A stretch of 63,639 nt of DNA, the filler included, from Saprolegnia diclina VS20 (taxonomy: Eukaryota), in the NCBI RefSeq assembly GCF_000281045.1. It is 44 parts of 44 records of this genome, joined end to end, with 100 filler letters (N's around TTAATTAATTAA, not from the genome) between each part and the next. Parts side by side here need not be neighbours in the genome. Positions count along the whole stretch, not along the records: positions 48,640 to 49,841 come from NW_008246444.1; positions 49,942 to 51,201 come from NW_008246445.1; positions 51,302 to 52,448 come from NW_008246446.1; positions 52,549 to 53,804 come from NW_008246447.1; positions 53,905 to 55,061 come from NW_008246448.1; positions 55,162 to 56,392 come from NW_008246449.1; positions 56,493 to 57,625 come from NW_008246450.1; positions 57,726 to 58,828 come from NW_008246451.1; 36 more parts are not named here. One strand, written 5' to 3'. The notes under the pieces were generated by a model that was given only the letters and a program-made list of their open reading frames with translations, was not told the DNA's origin and searched no databases. Both the position numbers and the translations under genes were made by a program. Below are positions 48,640 through 61,163 of this stretch, piece by piece. How positions within the stretch are numbered: position 1 is the first letter of the stretch; each line of letters begins with the position of its first letter.

Positions 48640-49841
48640 GTGAGCTGCAGCGTCAGATTGCGCAAGACACGAGTCTCTCCGTAGCAAAACGTCGCCGATT
48701 GGAAGACGATACCGGGCGACGTCAGCGGACCGGGCGTCACGGGCACGTACTCGTCGCGATCGAAGAAAGCTTGCAGCCGGTCAAAGCTCACTTGGGCCTC
48801 GACGAGCGCTGTCATGGCCGACGGCAAGTTGAGAAGCGGGCTCCGAATGGTTTCAAACAGCGCGATGCTCGTCAGCGCCGTCCCGAGGTCTAGCGAGTGG
48901 CCGAGGTACACGTACAAACCAAACGCCGCGATCGTGACAGCCGATGGCACGGCGTTGAAGATCGTAGCGCCAATAGCCTTGGTCGTCGCATACCGTTGCA
49001 GCTGTGCGAGCTCTCGTTCGCGGTGTTGGAGTAGCGTGCTCATAAACGACGGCTCCCACGCCTCGAGTTTGAGTCCCTTGATGCCGCTTAGGACTTCAGC
49101 GACTGCTCGCAAGCGCGTGTCCTTGAACGTCATGAGCGGGCCTTGGCACGTCCGCGTGATCGTTGTCAGCATCGACATCGCCGGAATGAGCAGGCAGAGA
49201 ACGCCAACGCCGCCAAAGAACGCGACGCCGAGCTCGTTGTACATGAAGACGCACGTGACGGCGATCTGCAGCGGTGTGTACCAGAGACTGTGCGCCGCGT
49301 TGACGAGCCATTGAAGTCGAGCCGCATCCACGCTGATGAGCGTCGCCACATCCCCCGCCGAAGCAGTCGACACGAGGCGCAGCGTCTTGTCGTAGACCGC
49401 CATGACGACGGCCGACCGGAGCCGCAGCCCGACCTTGTAGCACACAAAATAGTAGTGCCGAAGTGTCAGCGATTGCAAAATGCCCGACGTAACCACGGCG
49501 AGCGTGTACGACACACCAATCGAGAGCGGTTTTGAGGACGCACCGAGGTACGCGACGAGGTGCTTGAGCAAGAGGGGCCCGGTGAACTGGAGCGCGAGAT
49601 GGACGACCTTGAGGACACCCGCAAGAACGATTGGCCGCGCGTAGCCGCGGGCAAAGGCGCGATAAAGTTTAGGCGACGGCGACGATGACTTCTCGCGCGC
49701 CCACTGCGTATGAAAGATACTGGCGGCGGTCGTCGCGCGGTCGGCGGGGTTGAGGCGAAAGAGGTCGTCCAACTCGAGCGGCCGGGCATTCCCGAGGGTC
49801 AGCAGCGGCGTGAGCCATGAGAAGAAGACGGTGCTCCATAG
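48640..49841 (-). CDS. ABCC (MRP-like) transporter, TMD1 to start of NBD1
   Basis: FFSWLTPLL..G..RPLELDDLF, GLRLRSAVVMAVYDKTLRL, VLSGIKGLKLEAWE, AQVSFDRLQAFF. Confidence 0.94.
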
Positions 49842-51873
49842 NNNNNNNNNNNNNNNNNNNNNNNNNNNNNNNNNNNNNNNNNNNNTTAATTAATTAANNN
49901 NNNNNNNNNNNNNNNNNNNNNNNNNNNNNNNNNNNNNNNNNAACGAAGGCGGCCACATTCATCGCTAAAGGTCGTGCAGCTGCCTTTCTACTGCTGCGAC
50001 TGTTAGAGCCAAGGGAAATAACATTGTATTCCTTTGATTAGAGCCATAGGCAGCGGCCATCGACTCGTGCGAAAATATGAATGGTAGACAGCCATGCTAC
50101 ATGTACCTTTCGAGGTACCGATTTGGGCCTACTGGTCACTTCCTCCTACTGTCGCTGCTGCTCGTGCTCGCCAACGTTGGTGGTCCATCCGCGCTCATTT
50201 GCAGCAAATAAAACGGTCGGTGATCGCTCGAGTGGTTCTTCATCGGGCCGAGCATCAAGCTGTCATCCATGTGTCGACACAGCTCGACCGCCACGGGTCG
50301 AGACTACTGTACTAGGCCGTGGACGATATCGCAGCCCTCGCTTCCTTGCAAGCACCTGCTTGCATGATGCTCGATGGCAATGATGAGGTCTTAGGCACTA
50401 GTAGCTCGCTGGAGCGTTGCTGCACTCGATCCCCTTGTACCCTTGCTCCCTGTCAATAACGCGCCAAGGTGCGAATGGCGGTCGTTGAAAAACGCGTTTA
50501 ATCCCACTGCAACCAATCGCGTTTTATTCGATCTTTCGAGACGTGGGGAGCAGCTTGGCAAGCTTCCGACCGGACACGCGCGGCTACGGGTCGACCGCTG
50601 GCAGCGTCTCCATGTCTGCCTCCGTCAAGGACATGAGCCTCGCGTACGTCAAGTGCATGCTCGTCGTCACGGCGCGGGTCGGCGTCTACTACTCGACGGA
50701 CGTGCAGGCCACGGTCGCGATCCCGAGCCATCTAGATGCGACCAAGGTCTGCAGTCGCGTGGTCCATGCGCTCAAGCGCGAGCCCAACTTGACCGAGACA
50801 TCCGAGGGCAACTCGCGCATATGTCGGTGGACCGTGAGATCGTCACGGCCGACGCGGTCAAAACGCTCTACGACGCGATCCACCTCGAGCACAGCGTAAG
50901 CGTGAGCCTCCTCGTGCGCAACTCGTCCAAGCTCTCAAATTTGCGGTACCGCTTGCACAAGACGCGTACCTCTCGACCGATGTCATTGCACCTGCCATCG
51001 ACAGGCGTCGAGGCACCGCGATTTGTACTGCGCACGACATACGAGCGCCAACCGAGCTTTGAAAGTCAAATGCGTATGCTGCATCGCTCCGACCGCCAGT
51101 GTCGCCGCGCAAGCCCGTGCCGCACGCCCAGATGATCACAATACTTCCGTTGAAGTGCCGATTCTCCGAGCCGAGGCACGCGTTGTTATTCTCAACCACT
51201 ANNNNNNNNNNNNNNNNNNNNNNNNNNNNNNNNNNNNNNNNNNNNTTAATTAATTAANNNNNNNNNNNNNNNNNNNNNNNNNNNNNNNNNNNNNNNNNNN
51301 NCGGGCGCTTGTTGAACTGCTCCAGCTTCTGGCCCGCGCCGACGGTCTCGTCCATCGAGATGTCGATGCAGGCGCGGCATACTAGTACAAGCTGGAACGG
51401 CGGAGAGACCAATATACCGTAGTGCAGTTCTTAAGACATGTGACCAAAACGCACAAAAAATATGCAATTTAGTCGCGGTCATCAAAGACGTGTCGGGGTG
51501 ATATCGCCAATACAAAAAACAAGTATGGAAAATGAGGCCAACGGGCCTTGCATTTATCGAGTTATGAAGGTTATTCAGTCGTAAGGACAAAGCACACCGC
51601 TGCTTTGGCAGCTTGTCGAAATGCTGGAGCGCACCCTGCGCCGTCGGAACAAGACGAAAGAAAAGAGACTGTAATTGTGAATTACTATCTTCGTCCGATC
51701 CGCATGGAGCACGGCTCGCTCAGACCACGGAGCACGGCTCACTCAGATCAGAGAAGGACCTCTGACACAAACGTGGCATGCTAAGCTTAAGCGATTTCGG
51801 GGACATTGCAATTAAGCCATAGTGACATGAGATCCGACATGCCGTTGGCTGCGGTCTGGCCCAATCCAGTAGG

Positions 51874-52300
51874 TAGAGTCTCAACAGTCCGGCTCGAGCC
51901 GTGGAGCCGACGGCTCGGCCGGTTTTGCTTCGGCTCTGGCTCCATTTTTGAGCCGGCTCGGAGCCGAGCCGAGTCATTTATCATCGGCCAATAACCATTG
52001 CATGCGTATTCCAGCATTGAATAGTCAATCTCGATTGTCGGACGACTGTGTCAAGGTCGTGGAACGGTGCCCAGCAACGGCCAAGTCGGGAAGGCCAAGG
52101 CGGCTACGAAGAAGCCGTGGGTTCTGGTCTACTTGCCCAAAACTAGGCGCCGCTGCACGCGTTGTGAAACAGCATTTGCGACGTCCACCTCTACGGGCAC
52201 TTCGGCGTCTCGACATGACTTTCGGCAACTACGAGATCGATCGCTACGCTGCGCTGCCCCAGGTCGACAAGGATGGAATCGTCCTTATGTGGTGGTGGCG
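51874..52300 (+). mobile_element. Internally deleted hAT-like DNA transposon remnant
   Basis: TAGAG start and GAGCC repeats, a BED-finger-like W...CTRC...TSTGT, then EIDRYAALPQVDKDGIVLMWW resembling the hAT dimerisation domain. Confidence 0.6.
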
Positions 52301-52548
52301 TCGGTCATGCATTTTGTTCCAAGCGCAGCGACCACAGCTCCGATTCAGTCGATCATCGCAGACTTCACAGTACAGCTGCAAGACGGCTCGACGGAGTTTA
52401 CTGCACATGTCCTGCTTGATGCCCATGTGCTTGATGAGCTCGTTCCAANNNNNNNNNNNNNNNNNNNNNNNNNNNNNNNNNNNNNNNNNNNNTTAATTAA
52501 TTAANNNNNNNNNNNNNNNNNNNNNNNNNNNNNNNNNNNNNNNNNNNN

Positions 52549-53610
52549 GACCACCGGGACGCCTTGAGTCAATAGCGCAAGGACTGTTGCCCAGTCCTTG
52601 GTTTCGACAGCGACCGTCAAAGCTTCTTCCTACCAGGAAGCAGAATACGAGCCAATCAGCTTGTGCGCGCATTGGTCAACATACGAGCGACTGCATTTGG
52701 GCACAGACACGTGTGCGGTGCGCGTCGACGTCCTGGCCAAACACTCGGAGTCGGTCCTGGACCGCGGCGCTTGTCGCAACTTGCAGCGCCGTGCGGTCGT
52801 CCTTCTGCAGACAATATGTAGCATTTCGATCAAAGGGTAGACAGAATTGGGTACCGTGGAGCAATGATGCAGGTGTGCGTGGACTTGCTGGAGCGTCGCA
52901 TGGCGTTGGCGCCAGACCCGGTACGTCGTTGCGCTGTCGTCGCTTTCGGGCAGGAGCACGGCGAGCAGACCGGCAACGACCGAGTCGGGATGTTGGGTTG
53001 CCTACAACATGTTCAATATCGTCATATATATATATATACATCGAAAACAGTACCGTTGCGTGCGAGAGCAGCGCGGGATGCGCGTCGAGAAACGCGCGCA
53101 GCTTTGACGCGCAGTACGTCGTGGCCGTCGGCAGCAGCCGAGCGAGGAGCGAACCCACCACCTCTTCGTGGTCGTTCTTTGCAGCTTGCAAAAGCAACGT
53201 CGTCTTGTCGTCCTGGTCATCCCAGTCAAAACCATGGTCATCGCAGGTTGAAACTAAGTACATGGAGCGTGTAGAGCAGGTCGGGGTGCAGGGAGAGCAA
53301 CTCGTGTAGCATTTCGAGATGCCCGGTCGTCGCGGCCAGAAACGCCATTCTCTAATCGACAATAAGGGAATAATGTCAGCAGGACGTTGTTGTAGTGTTA
53401 TGGATCCTACCGTCATGTCGTTGCCGGAAAAGTTGGAGCGGAGCGACTGCAAGAGCTCCTGCGACACAGGCCAGTGCTTGGACTCGATGGCGGCCTCGAG
53501 GCAGCTGTCGATCGCAGGTCGCATCGTCTCCGACGTCAGCGTACTCAAGAGCATTCTTGTGATAGCCACGTTGCCCACTCGCGCGGCTGAGAGCAGCGGC
53601 GTCGTGCCAG
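52549..53610 (-). pseudogene. Ankyrin-repeat gene fragment with disruptions
   Basis: GTTPLLSAARVGNVAITRMLL, LEAAIESKHW, LLQAAKNDHEEVVGSLL, DRTALQVA and LTVAVETKDWATVLALL occur in shifting frames. Confidence 0.65.
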
Positions 53611-53904
53611 CCTAGACACCACAATCACACTCCTGCTTTTCTCTTTGTCTTGGGTATCGATGGACGTACGTGGTCCAGGGCCAGCGCTACAGCACCGTGT
53701 GAGACCAACATCTCGACCATGGTCTCGTCGCTGGACGCCACGGCCACATGCAGCACCGACGCCCCTTGCTAAGTCCACATTTAGTATAATCGACAATCGA
53801 CAATNNNNNNNNNNNNNNNNNNNNNNNNNNNNNNNNNNNNNNNNNNNNTTAATTAATTAANNNNNNNNNNNNNNNNNNNNNNNNNNNNNNNNNNNNNNNN
53901 NNNN

Positions 53905-55061
53905 GGGTGCTCCGTCGACACCTCCTCTGAGGGAGCAACCAACGGTGCTTGGGTGCGGCTACCGCGTTGGGACTTGGCGACGCTGCGCTGGGTCTTGACC
54001 GTGATCGTTCTTGGTGCTTGGTGCTTGGTCGCTTCGTTGGACGCGGCGACGAGGCTGACGGCCCATGCAATCGTCTTGGCGACCGAGCTCCGGCGGCTCG
54101 ACCGCGACTTGTTGCGTCGCGCGGCGTTGTACTTCATGACGGAAAACCTAAACACGGCCGCATACTCGTCCTTTGTGAGCGTCTGGGTCGCCTTGCACAC
54201 AGTGTGGTAGTACAGCAAGAGCAGCAGGAGAAACACGGCTAACGACGCGGCCGCGACACCGTCGTCGCCCTGGAATCCACCGGCGATTGAGAGCGCGAGC
54301 AGTAGGTAGACGCTACCGGCAAAAATGGCGCCAGGAATACCAAACGGACTTGTAAATTCTTTCGAGTCGCAGCGGTACGTTGTCCGAAGCATGACGAACC
54401 CAATGAGCTGCGCGCTGTAGCAAAATGTTGCCGCTAGAATAAAGAGGTTTTGCTCGGCCTGCTGAAACGCAGGGCTCAAATGCGCTGCCGTACAGAGGAG
54501 GTACCCCAAAGCGGACGCGGCCACCATGGGTTTGAGCGTCGTCGGCTGGTTTTTGAGGCCAAGACACGCCGGCAGCATGTTGGAGTTGGCGAGCGACTGC
54601 GTCAAGTGCGCGTACTGCAGGAAGAAGCCCGCCGCCATGCCCATTTGCGCCGGTAGAATCAGCCACTGCCCAACGACGTCGGAAATTCCGAGCATGCCAA
54701 GTCCGTTGTTGAGCGGGAACGTTGCGTTCACCGCGGAGGCAATGCCTGGTGGCAGCGACGGCACGACAAACACCATGGAAATGTTGGAGCAAAAGAGCGT
54801 CACGACCGCAAAGAGCATACCGCGAGGCAACGTGCGCTTCGGATCCTTCGTGACGCCAGCGATGAGTGTGAGCGACTCGACACCGGCGTACCCCCACGTC
54901 GTGTAGGGCAGCCACGCAAAGTAGGCTGTCGTGAGGGTGCCACTGGCCCAGACTGGCGCGCTTGGATCGTCGCGATACGCGCCGTTCTGTGCCAAGTCGC
55001 CGCGCATGCAGCCGGCGACGACCACGAGCAGCATGGGGATGGCGCACACAAAGGCAAAGAG
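53905..55061 (-). CDS. APC-superfamily amino acid permease, C-terminal half
   Basis: WGYAGVES...DPKRTLPRG, LANSNMLP and FTSPFG motifs with multiple TM helices. Confidence 0.92.
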
Positions 55062-55161
55062 NNNNNNNNNNNNNNNNNNNNNNNNNNNNNNNNNNNNNNN
55101 NNNNNTTAATTAATTAANNNNNNNNNNNNNNNNNNNNNNNNNNNNNNNNNNNNNNNNNNNN

Positions 55162-55553
55162 ACACGTCGACCATCCGTGCCCTCTGGCCGATCTTGCGCG
55201 CTTGCGTTTGGTACAGTCTTTGGCTTGAACGCAACAATCGCGTGTTCCGCACGACATTGACGCCCCTACCCGCTGCTGCGCTCGCGATCAACGCCGCTAC
55301 TATCACGCGATTGCATATCCGGCAATTGGCTCGCCGCGTCGTGGTGCCTTCGCTTGCCGAGTCGCTCCATGCCCGACGCGCCGATCCTTAGTATGCCCGC
55401 TACCTCATTCCCCACTCAATCCCGAGCCCCGACCAAGCGCCCTCAGCTTGACGTACCGGCCAAACCTCATGAGCGCCACATTAGGAAGTCCACCATCTTC
55501 ACTATATAATTGCATGTTGATAACTCATTTCAACAACATCGCGACAATAATGT
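55162..55553 (+). mobile_element. L1/Tx1-like ORF2 C-terminus and 3' flank
   Basis: WPILRACVWYSLWLERNNRVF (WxxRNxxxF motif). Second copy at 16255-16799. Confidence 0.78.
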
Positions 55554-56032
55554 TCCAACAACGTCGCGACAACGGTCCGAGTACAGAAGCCTGTGTACGA
55601 CCTCGCGCGAGCTATGACTCGGCGAGTGGGGTCCACCACGGGATGGATCTCTCCGTACGCAGCTCACTCCCAACGACCAAGTGCTGGAGCCAACTCCAAT
55701 GCATATTCAAAGCGCTTAGCGCTACGCATGCGAAGTCTTTGTGTCATAATGAAGATAACGCGGAACACGTTCATATATATATATATACTTGATAGATCAG
55801 ATAGCCAATTAAAACGCCTGAAAGCCCGGCGCGTCATTGAAAACGGCAAAATTAGGCTTATGATTTAATCATAAGTCGGTTTTTTGGACACGACGGCTGC
55901 GTCACGGACTCCGTCACAGGCCGCTAGTCAATTAGAAAGGGACTCGCTTGGTGCTCAAGTTTTACTAATGCACTTGGCTCTGAAAATGGGGCTCAAGTCA
56001 CGACGCGAGTGATTGGTCCATTTCACTTCCTT

Positions 56033-56392
56033 CTAGAAAAGTCTTCGCACGGCAGCAGACGTGTCCCGCGCCTCTTCTTGGTGGGGACTCTTTCGTTTGC
56101 GGCTCTGCGGCGCGTCGGTCATGCTTGCCTTGATCTTGCACAAGGCGGACTTCTTGTTCTGCCTGCCGTTGGTTTGGAAGACGTCGCGCTCATGGTAGAA
56201 CTCGTGGTACTTCTTCCAGCACGACCACGCGACGTTTGGGCACTCGTACGGCTTGGCTTGGCGGTTGCCATCTCCTTGAGGCGCGAGACAAAGGTTCATT
56301 TGGTGCGTGTTGCAATGTGCAGTCTTCTGAGTCCGAACGTTGCGTTCGTAGAGACAAACGATGCAGTTGCGCTTGTCCGAGTTGTTGGGAAA
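56033..56392 (-). mobile_element. piggyBac-like transposase C-terminal Cys-rich domain
   Basis: KRNCIVC...KTAHCNTHQMNLC...C...WSCWKKYHEFY, followed by a basic NLS-like RKRK. Confidence 0.68.
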
Positions 56393-57347
56393 NNNNNNNN
56401 NNNNNNNNNNNNNNNNNNNNNNNNNNNNNNNNNNNNTTAATTAATTAANNNNNNNNNNNNNNNNNNNNNNNNNNNNNNNNNNNNNNNNNNNNATGCATGG
56501 TGTGCGTACGTTCTCTGTTCCATTTCTCGACATTGGCCTTGTCGGTGGGTTGAAGCCAGCAGACAAAAGAGAACACTTGCGCAGGTGCTCGATAGAACAG
56601 GAGAGTGCGTCTCGGTGGGGGCTCCTGTCCTGTAATATTGTTGTTGAAATGAGTTATGTATCACTGCCGTCCTTTGGTGTCCTCCTTCTGAGCTTGAAGT
56701 GAAAACGTAGCTGTGGGTTCATCTCGTTCAATGAGGACGTCCATGTGTGCAATCGACGCTGCACTCCTACGAGTACAGCTGGGTCATGCGACGCAGTGTG
56801 CCAAGGAGCGACTAGAGCCGTAGGCACAGTGCACTAATGTTCAAAAACAGCACAGCTTCAGTGATGACGCCTGTTTAGGATGAGCTGCGTGTCGTAGGGG
56901 AGCGCCACGTCGCTGTACCGGTCATAGTAAGCACAATCTCTTGGCCGGTCGGGAGGGGCTGGTACACACTTGTAGGACTGCATCGGACTGTGCTTTTGCT
57001 GCACATGAGTGCTCTGACTATCTAGTCACTCCTTGGCGCACGACGTCGCTTCGGCCGCTGCGTCGCCAGGTCGGCGAACGGTGCGTCGAGCCATGTACTG
57101 TACTCGTCATTGGGCAGGCGTGCGATTTCTGCGTTGAACTTTACGTGCCTTTTTCTGCGCTTGGCCAATGAGAACGTAGCTGAGCCTTCATTTTGTCCAA
57201 TCAAGTACTACACAGACAGAGGTGATAAAGAAACAGCATTGGTGTGCTTTCAACGGACAGTGCTCTGGAGCCTGCACGTTTTAGCGGACAGGGAACCAAT
57301 GAAAAGCACTTTTGGCGAACGATGAAATTGCTCTTTGACTTTGCAGG

Positions 57348-57625
57348 ATGGAGCGGACGTCGTCGACCCGAACGACGCTGGTCGAATTCAACGCCATGAC
57401 GAGCTTCCTCCAGGTCCCAGACAACTTTGACATCCTCTCGGGCAAGGGGTCCAAGACCAAGCAACTGCGCAACGGTCAACGCCTCACGGTCCGCTATGGT
57501 AAAGTTGCGCTTGCCAAAACACTAATATTCGATATCTCGCTAGGTTACAAGCTTTTGGCAGATTATGTCAACCAGCTCCTCGCCAGCACGGGACGCCAGT
57601 GGACGGAAGCCAACGCCAAGAGTCG
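57348..57625 (+). CDS. Myb/SANT-like protein fragment, possibly a PIF/Harbinger accessory gene
   Basis: FLQVPDNFDILSGKGSKT...LTVRYG-YKLLADYVN...WTEANAKS after removing a 45-nt GT-AG intron at 57499-57543. Confidence 0.4.
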
Positions 57626-58996
57626 NNNNNNNNNNNNNNNNNNNNNNNNNNNNNNNNNNNNNNNNNNNNTTAATTAATTAANNNNNNNNNNNNNNNNNNN
57701 NNNNNNNNNNNNNNNNNNNNNNNNNACAACTGTACGCGTTTGACGTCAAGCTCTGGCGGATATTTGTTGTCAAGCTCTCGAGTCGTTCTGAGACTGGGAG
57801 TCGGTGGCCGTACTGCATCGCGCTTACAGAAGAAGCGCTGGTGAGTCGTCCTGGCATGTGGTAGAGGGCCCAACCGTACTGCAGCCTGAAGAATCCAGTG
57901 ACATATCTACCTGGTGGAGACGCGCTTTGCGTGGACCACTCACGAGACAAGCTACGCGCGAGGCGAGGCAGTGGGGTTCTGTACTCTAAACCGCTCAGAA
58001 CACCCAAGAGTTAGTCGAACAAAATTATGTACCCGCGGGTGCCCAATGGGTTATCTATCTAGCAACAGTTGCCACGTCCCTCATCAACTGCTTGACACCA
58101 GTAACTACGTGCCTTGCTCGGGCCTCGAGTGTGGTCGAGGTACTCTGAGACCTCCTCGAAAGAGTCTGGCGCGCAAATCGACAACAAAGGCACGGCTTGT
58201 GTAGGGCATAGAGTCTTCGTTGTCTGTTTGCGTTGAGAGCTCGCACATTTGACCAGACAGTCCAGGCACGGTGTTTACGCAAGCCCAACAGCCCGGTTGA
58301 TGCAGTACGAAAGGAGACAAAGATCGTGTGTCGTGGAGCGTCGTTGTTTGGAGCACAGTCGAGGGAACATCCTATGACATCTTGCCTCAGCACGAGAGGC
58401 AGTACAACATGTCAAGGTAGCGACCAACTTTGCCTGGTGAGCCATAGCACTCTACGGTGCGACGAGACCTCAACCGTAAACACACAACAGCAACCAACCT
58501 TCGGAGTCAACCTCCACCTTGGCCAGCATCCACCTCGGAGGTCTTCAGCTCGATGATGCAGCCAAGTGTCCACGCAAGCTCTGTCTTTACCAAATCGTTC
58601 GTCTTCTTGTTGCAGCCGTCATTTCATTCCACACACACATCTTGACCACTTTGATCGGCGACGTCGTGCTGCTGACGAACACTTCTCCAGGCCATTGAGC
58701 ACCCATTGAAAATGTCACTGCTCCGTGGACAACGTACTCTCCTTCACCGTTTCGCTGAATATTAGGACTCCTATGCGAGTAGCGGAATGCCCTCTTGCAA
58801 TCGATTTGGCCAAGGATGCCCCTCTCGANNNNNNNNNNNNNNNNNNNNNNNNNNNNNNNNNNNNNNNNNNNNTTAATTAATTAANNNNNNNNNNNNNNNN
58901 NNNNNNNNNNNNNNNNNNNNNNNNNNNNCCGGCGCGGACATACGTCGTCCCGCAGAGCCGACAACTGCAGTGCATTGTCGACGGCGCAGATCGAGT

Positions 58997-59222
58997 AGCT
59001 CTTAGGAGTCATCAGCTTGTTATCTCCGGAGTACCTTTTATCCGTTGAGCGATAATCTTTCCACAAAAAATTATCGGTTCACGATGACCGACTTTCGTCC
59101 CTGTTTGATATGTCTATCTTACAGTCAAGCAAGCTTGTACCATTACATTCCACAATTGATATATTGCCAATTTGATCTTACCTTTGTTCACCACCGTTAC
59201 TATTTGGGAGGTATTCGCTCCC
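58997..59222 (-). rRNA. rnl: Degenerate mitochondrial-type LSU rRNA fragment, domain V (NUMT candidate)
   Basis: The minus strand reads GGGACGAAAGTCGGTCATCGTGAACCG...ATCGCTCAACGGATAAAAGGTACTCCGGAGATAACAAGCTGATGACTCCTAAGAG, matching the 23S-like peptidyl-transferase region. It is an AT-rich block between GC-rich flanks. Confidence 0.9.
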
Positions 59223-59277
59223 CCGGATACGCCGCCGGCTCACGTCGAAGGCAGTACCGACCGGTTCAAGTTCACGC

Positions 59278-59571
59278 TTAACTACTGGTTCTCCATGCGC
59301 GTGGGGCATAGCACGCTTCCGGCGCCGTGCCTGCCATTGATCCAGTGCAGTCCACGACAAGCACCAAGTCCAAGTGGTTCGTGTGGCGGTACAAGTGCTG
59401 AAGGTTGGAGCGCACCGTCGCAATATTGCGCTGCATGCTGATGCGAAGCGAGCGAAAGGCTTCGATCGGCTCGCCCGTCATGACCTCGTCACTTGGCGAC
59501 TTCTTCGTTTTCTTCTTCTTGGCCTTTGGCGCCGTCTTGAAGGAGTTGGTGCTTGTTGACAGCGGCGCCAT
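59278..59571 (-). pseudogene. Truncated vWA-domain gene start
   Basis: HLDLVLVVDCTGSM is a MIDAS-type DxTxS motif. The frame ends shortly afterwards, just before the rRNA insert. Confidence 0.65.
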
Positions 59572-60523
59572 TTGCGCGTGTGCTGCCAGCTCCGTTGGTC
59601 GCCCAGCGCTGAAAGGGCATGATGCTCGCAAAACCCAAAATGAGCTGCAGATGGAGAGACGTCCAACCCGCGTGGCCTTGTTTCGGTGCGCCAACGATCT
59701 TTTCTATCATTGGCTCCATTTACAACCACCACGGTGCTTGTCGCGGAAAGCTTCACGGTCATGCCGTTGCGAGATGGCTATCGACCGGCGTCAAACGCTT
59801 GGATTTGATTGGCTCTAACAAATATAGAAGCAAAATTCGAAGCGGGTTTGAACGAATGAAACGTGGCGCACTTGTGCCGACGGTCAAAGCCATCACAAGC
59901 GAGCCCCAATGTTGAGTGCGATATTATATACCTGCTAGTGTACTCACCAATCGAGCATACGTGGTGTACGCTGGGAATCGACACGCGACAAACATGCGCA
60001 GGCTGCGGTGGACGCGACGGGCAGCANNNNNNNNNNNNNNNNNNNNNNNNNNNNNNNNNNNNNNNNNNNNTTAATTAATTAANNNNNNNNNNNNNNNNNN
60101 NNNNNNNNNNNNNNNNNNNNNNNNNNTCGCGGTGGAGCAGCCAGCAGGACTTCAACTCCGGAACTTGATCAAGATATCGCTCACATACCCAGAGACGCAT
60201 CAGCACATACGTGATAGAAGTCAGATCAGGACTCCGCTCCGACCAAATATGCACATCCGATTGGCAGCTCCTTCCGCCTGAACTTGGTTTGCCGCACGTG
60301 GCGGCCCAGGAGCGCAACTCGGTTCATGCGTTTCTAGAGGCAGATAGCGTGGCTCGCTTCTGTCATTATCCTCACCTTGTGCTGCTTCAACACGCAGAAA
60401 CTACGCGCCTGAACCTCCGAGAGGCAAGGTGTGGTGACTGGAAGCTTGCCTTTGTACTGTAGAGGGCTTTTACGGTGGAGCACTCCTGATAAATCTCATT
60501 TCCAATTCATTGATCGAAGCAGC

Positions 60524-61163
60524 ATGGCTCTCTACAGCGCAACGCACCACCAGGACAAGGACACCCGTCGTGTCGCGGCGCTCGAAGCTCAACTCCGCAT
60601 CTCGCACCCGTTCCGCCGCCCCACCACCACCAAGTCGGTACCAAAGCGACAACCAAGCCAGTGACACGCTCCACCACTTATGCCTCTGCGGTGTGCACTG
60701 CGACTCGCGCCAGCAACGCGCAGATCGCGTCGGATTTGGCACGCGACCACAAGATGGAAATCGAACGTCTGCAAGCCGCGCACCAAGCTGCTTTGGCGGC
60801 CGTGACCGAGAAGCTGCTGCCCACGACCACGTGCTGGAGCTTGCGCACCGCGTCCTTCGGCGCGACGACACGATTTCGGCGCTCCGTGAAAAGTTCGAGC
60901 ACCGCGTTGCGCGCAAGAAGGCCGAAGTGCAGCACATCGCAATGCACTTGGTCGACGCCAACGCCACCATTGCCAAGAACAAGACTACGATTTTGCTGCT
61001 CCATACGGCGGTCAAGAGCCTCAAGAGTCTTGAGGCTCTTGACCAACGTATCTCGCTACACAACCTCCTGGGGAAGTGCAATCCCATCTGCGGCGTCCGT
61101 CAACTCGTAGGCGCCTTCTCCAACAACAACGACAAGGACAAGTCGTGTCAGACACATTGGTTG
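60524..61163 (+). pseudogene. Frameshifted coiled-coil protein gene
   Basis: Inr-FPR-like TCTCATTTCCAATTC at 60494 and ATG at 60524. Helical segments (MEIERLQAAHQAAL; TISALREKFEHRVARKKAEV) lie in different frames. Confidence 0.55.

Noticed and set aside
55857..55875. CTTATGATT-T-AATCATAAG palindrome as the piggyBac terminus
   Set aside because: It contains TTAA and lies downstream of the piggyBac-like ORF, but it lacks a typical CC(C/T) end and has no partner TIR in the window.
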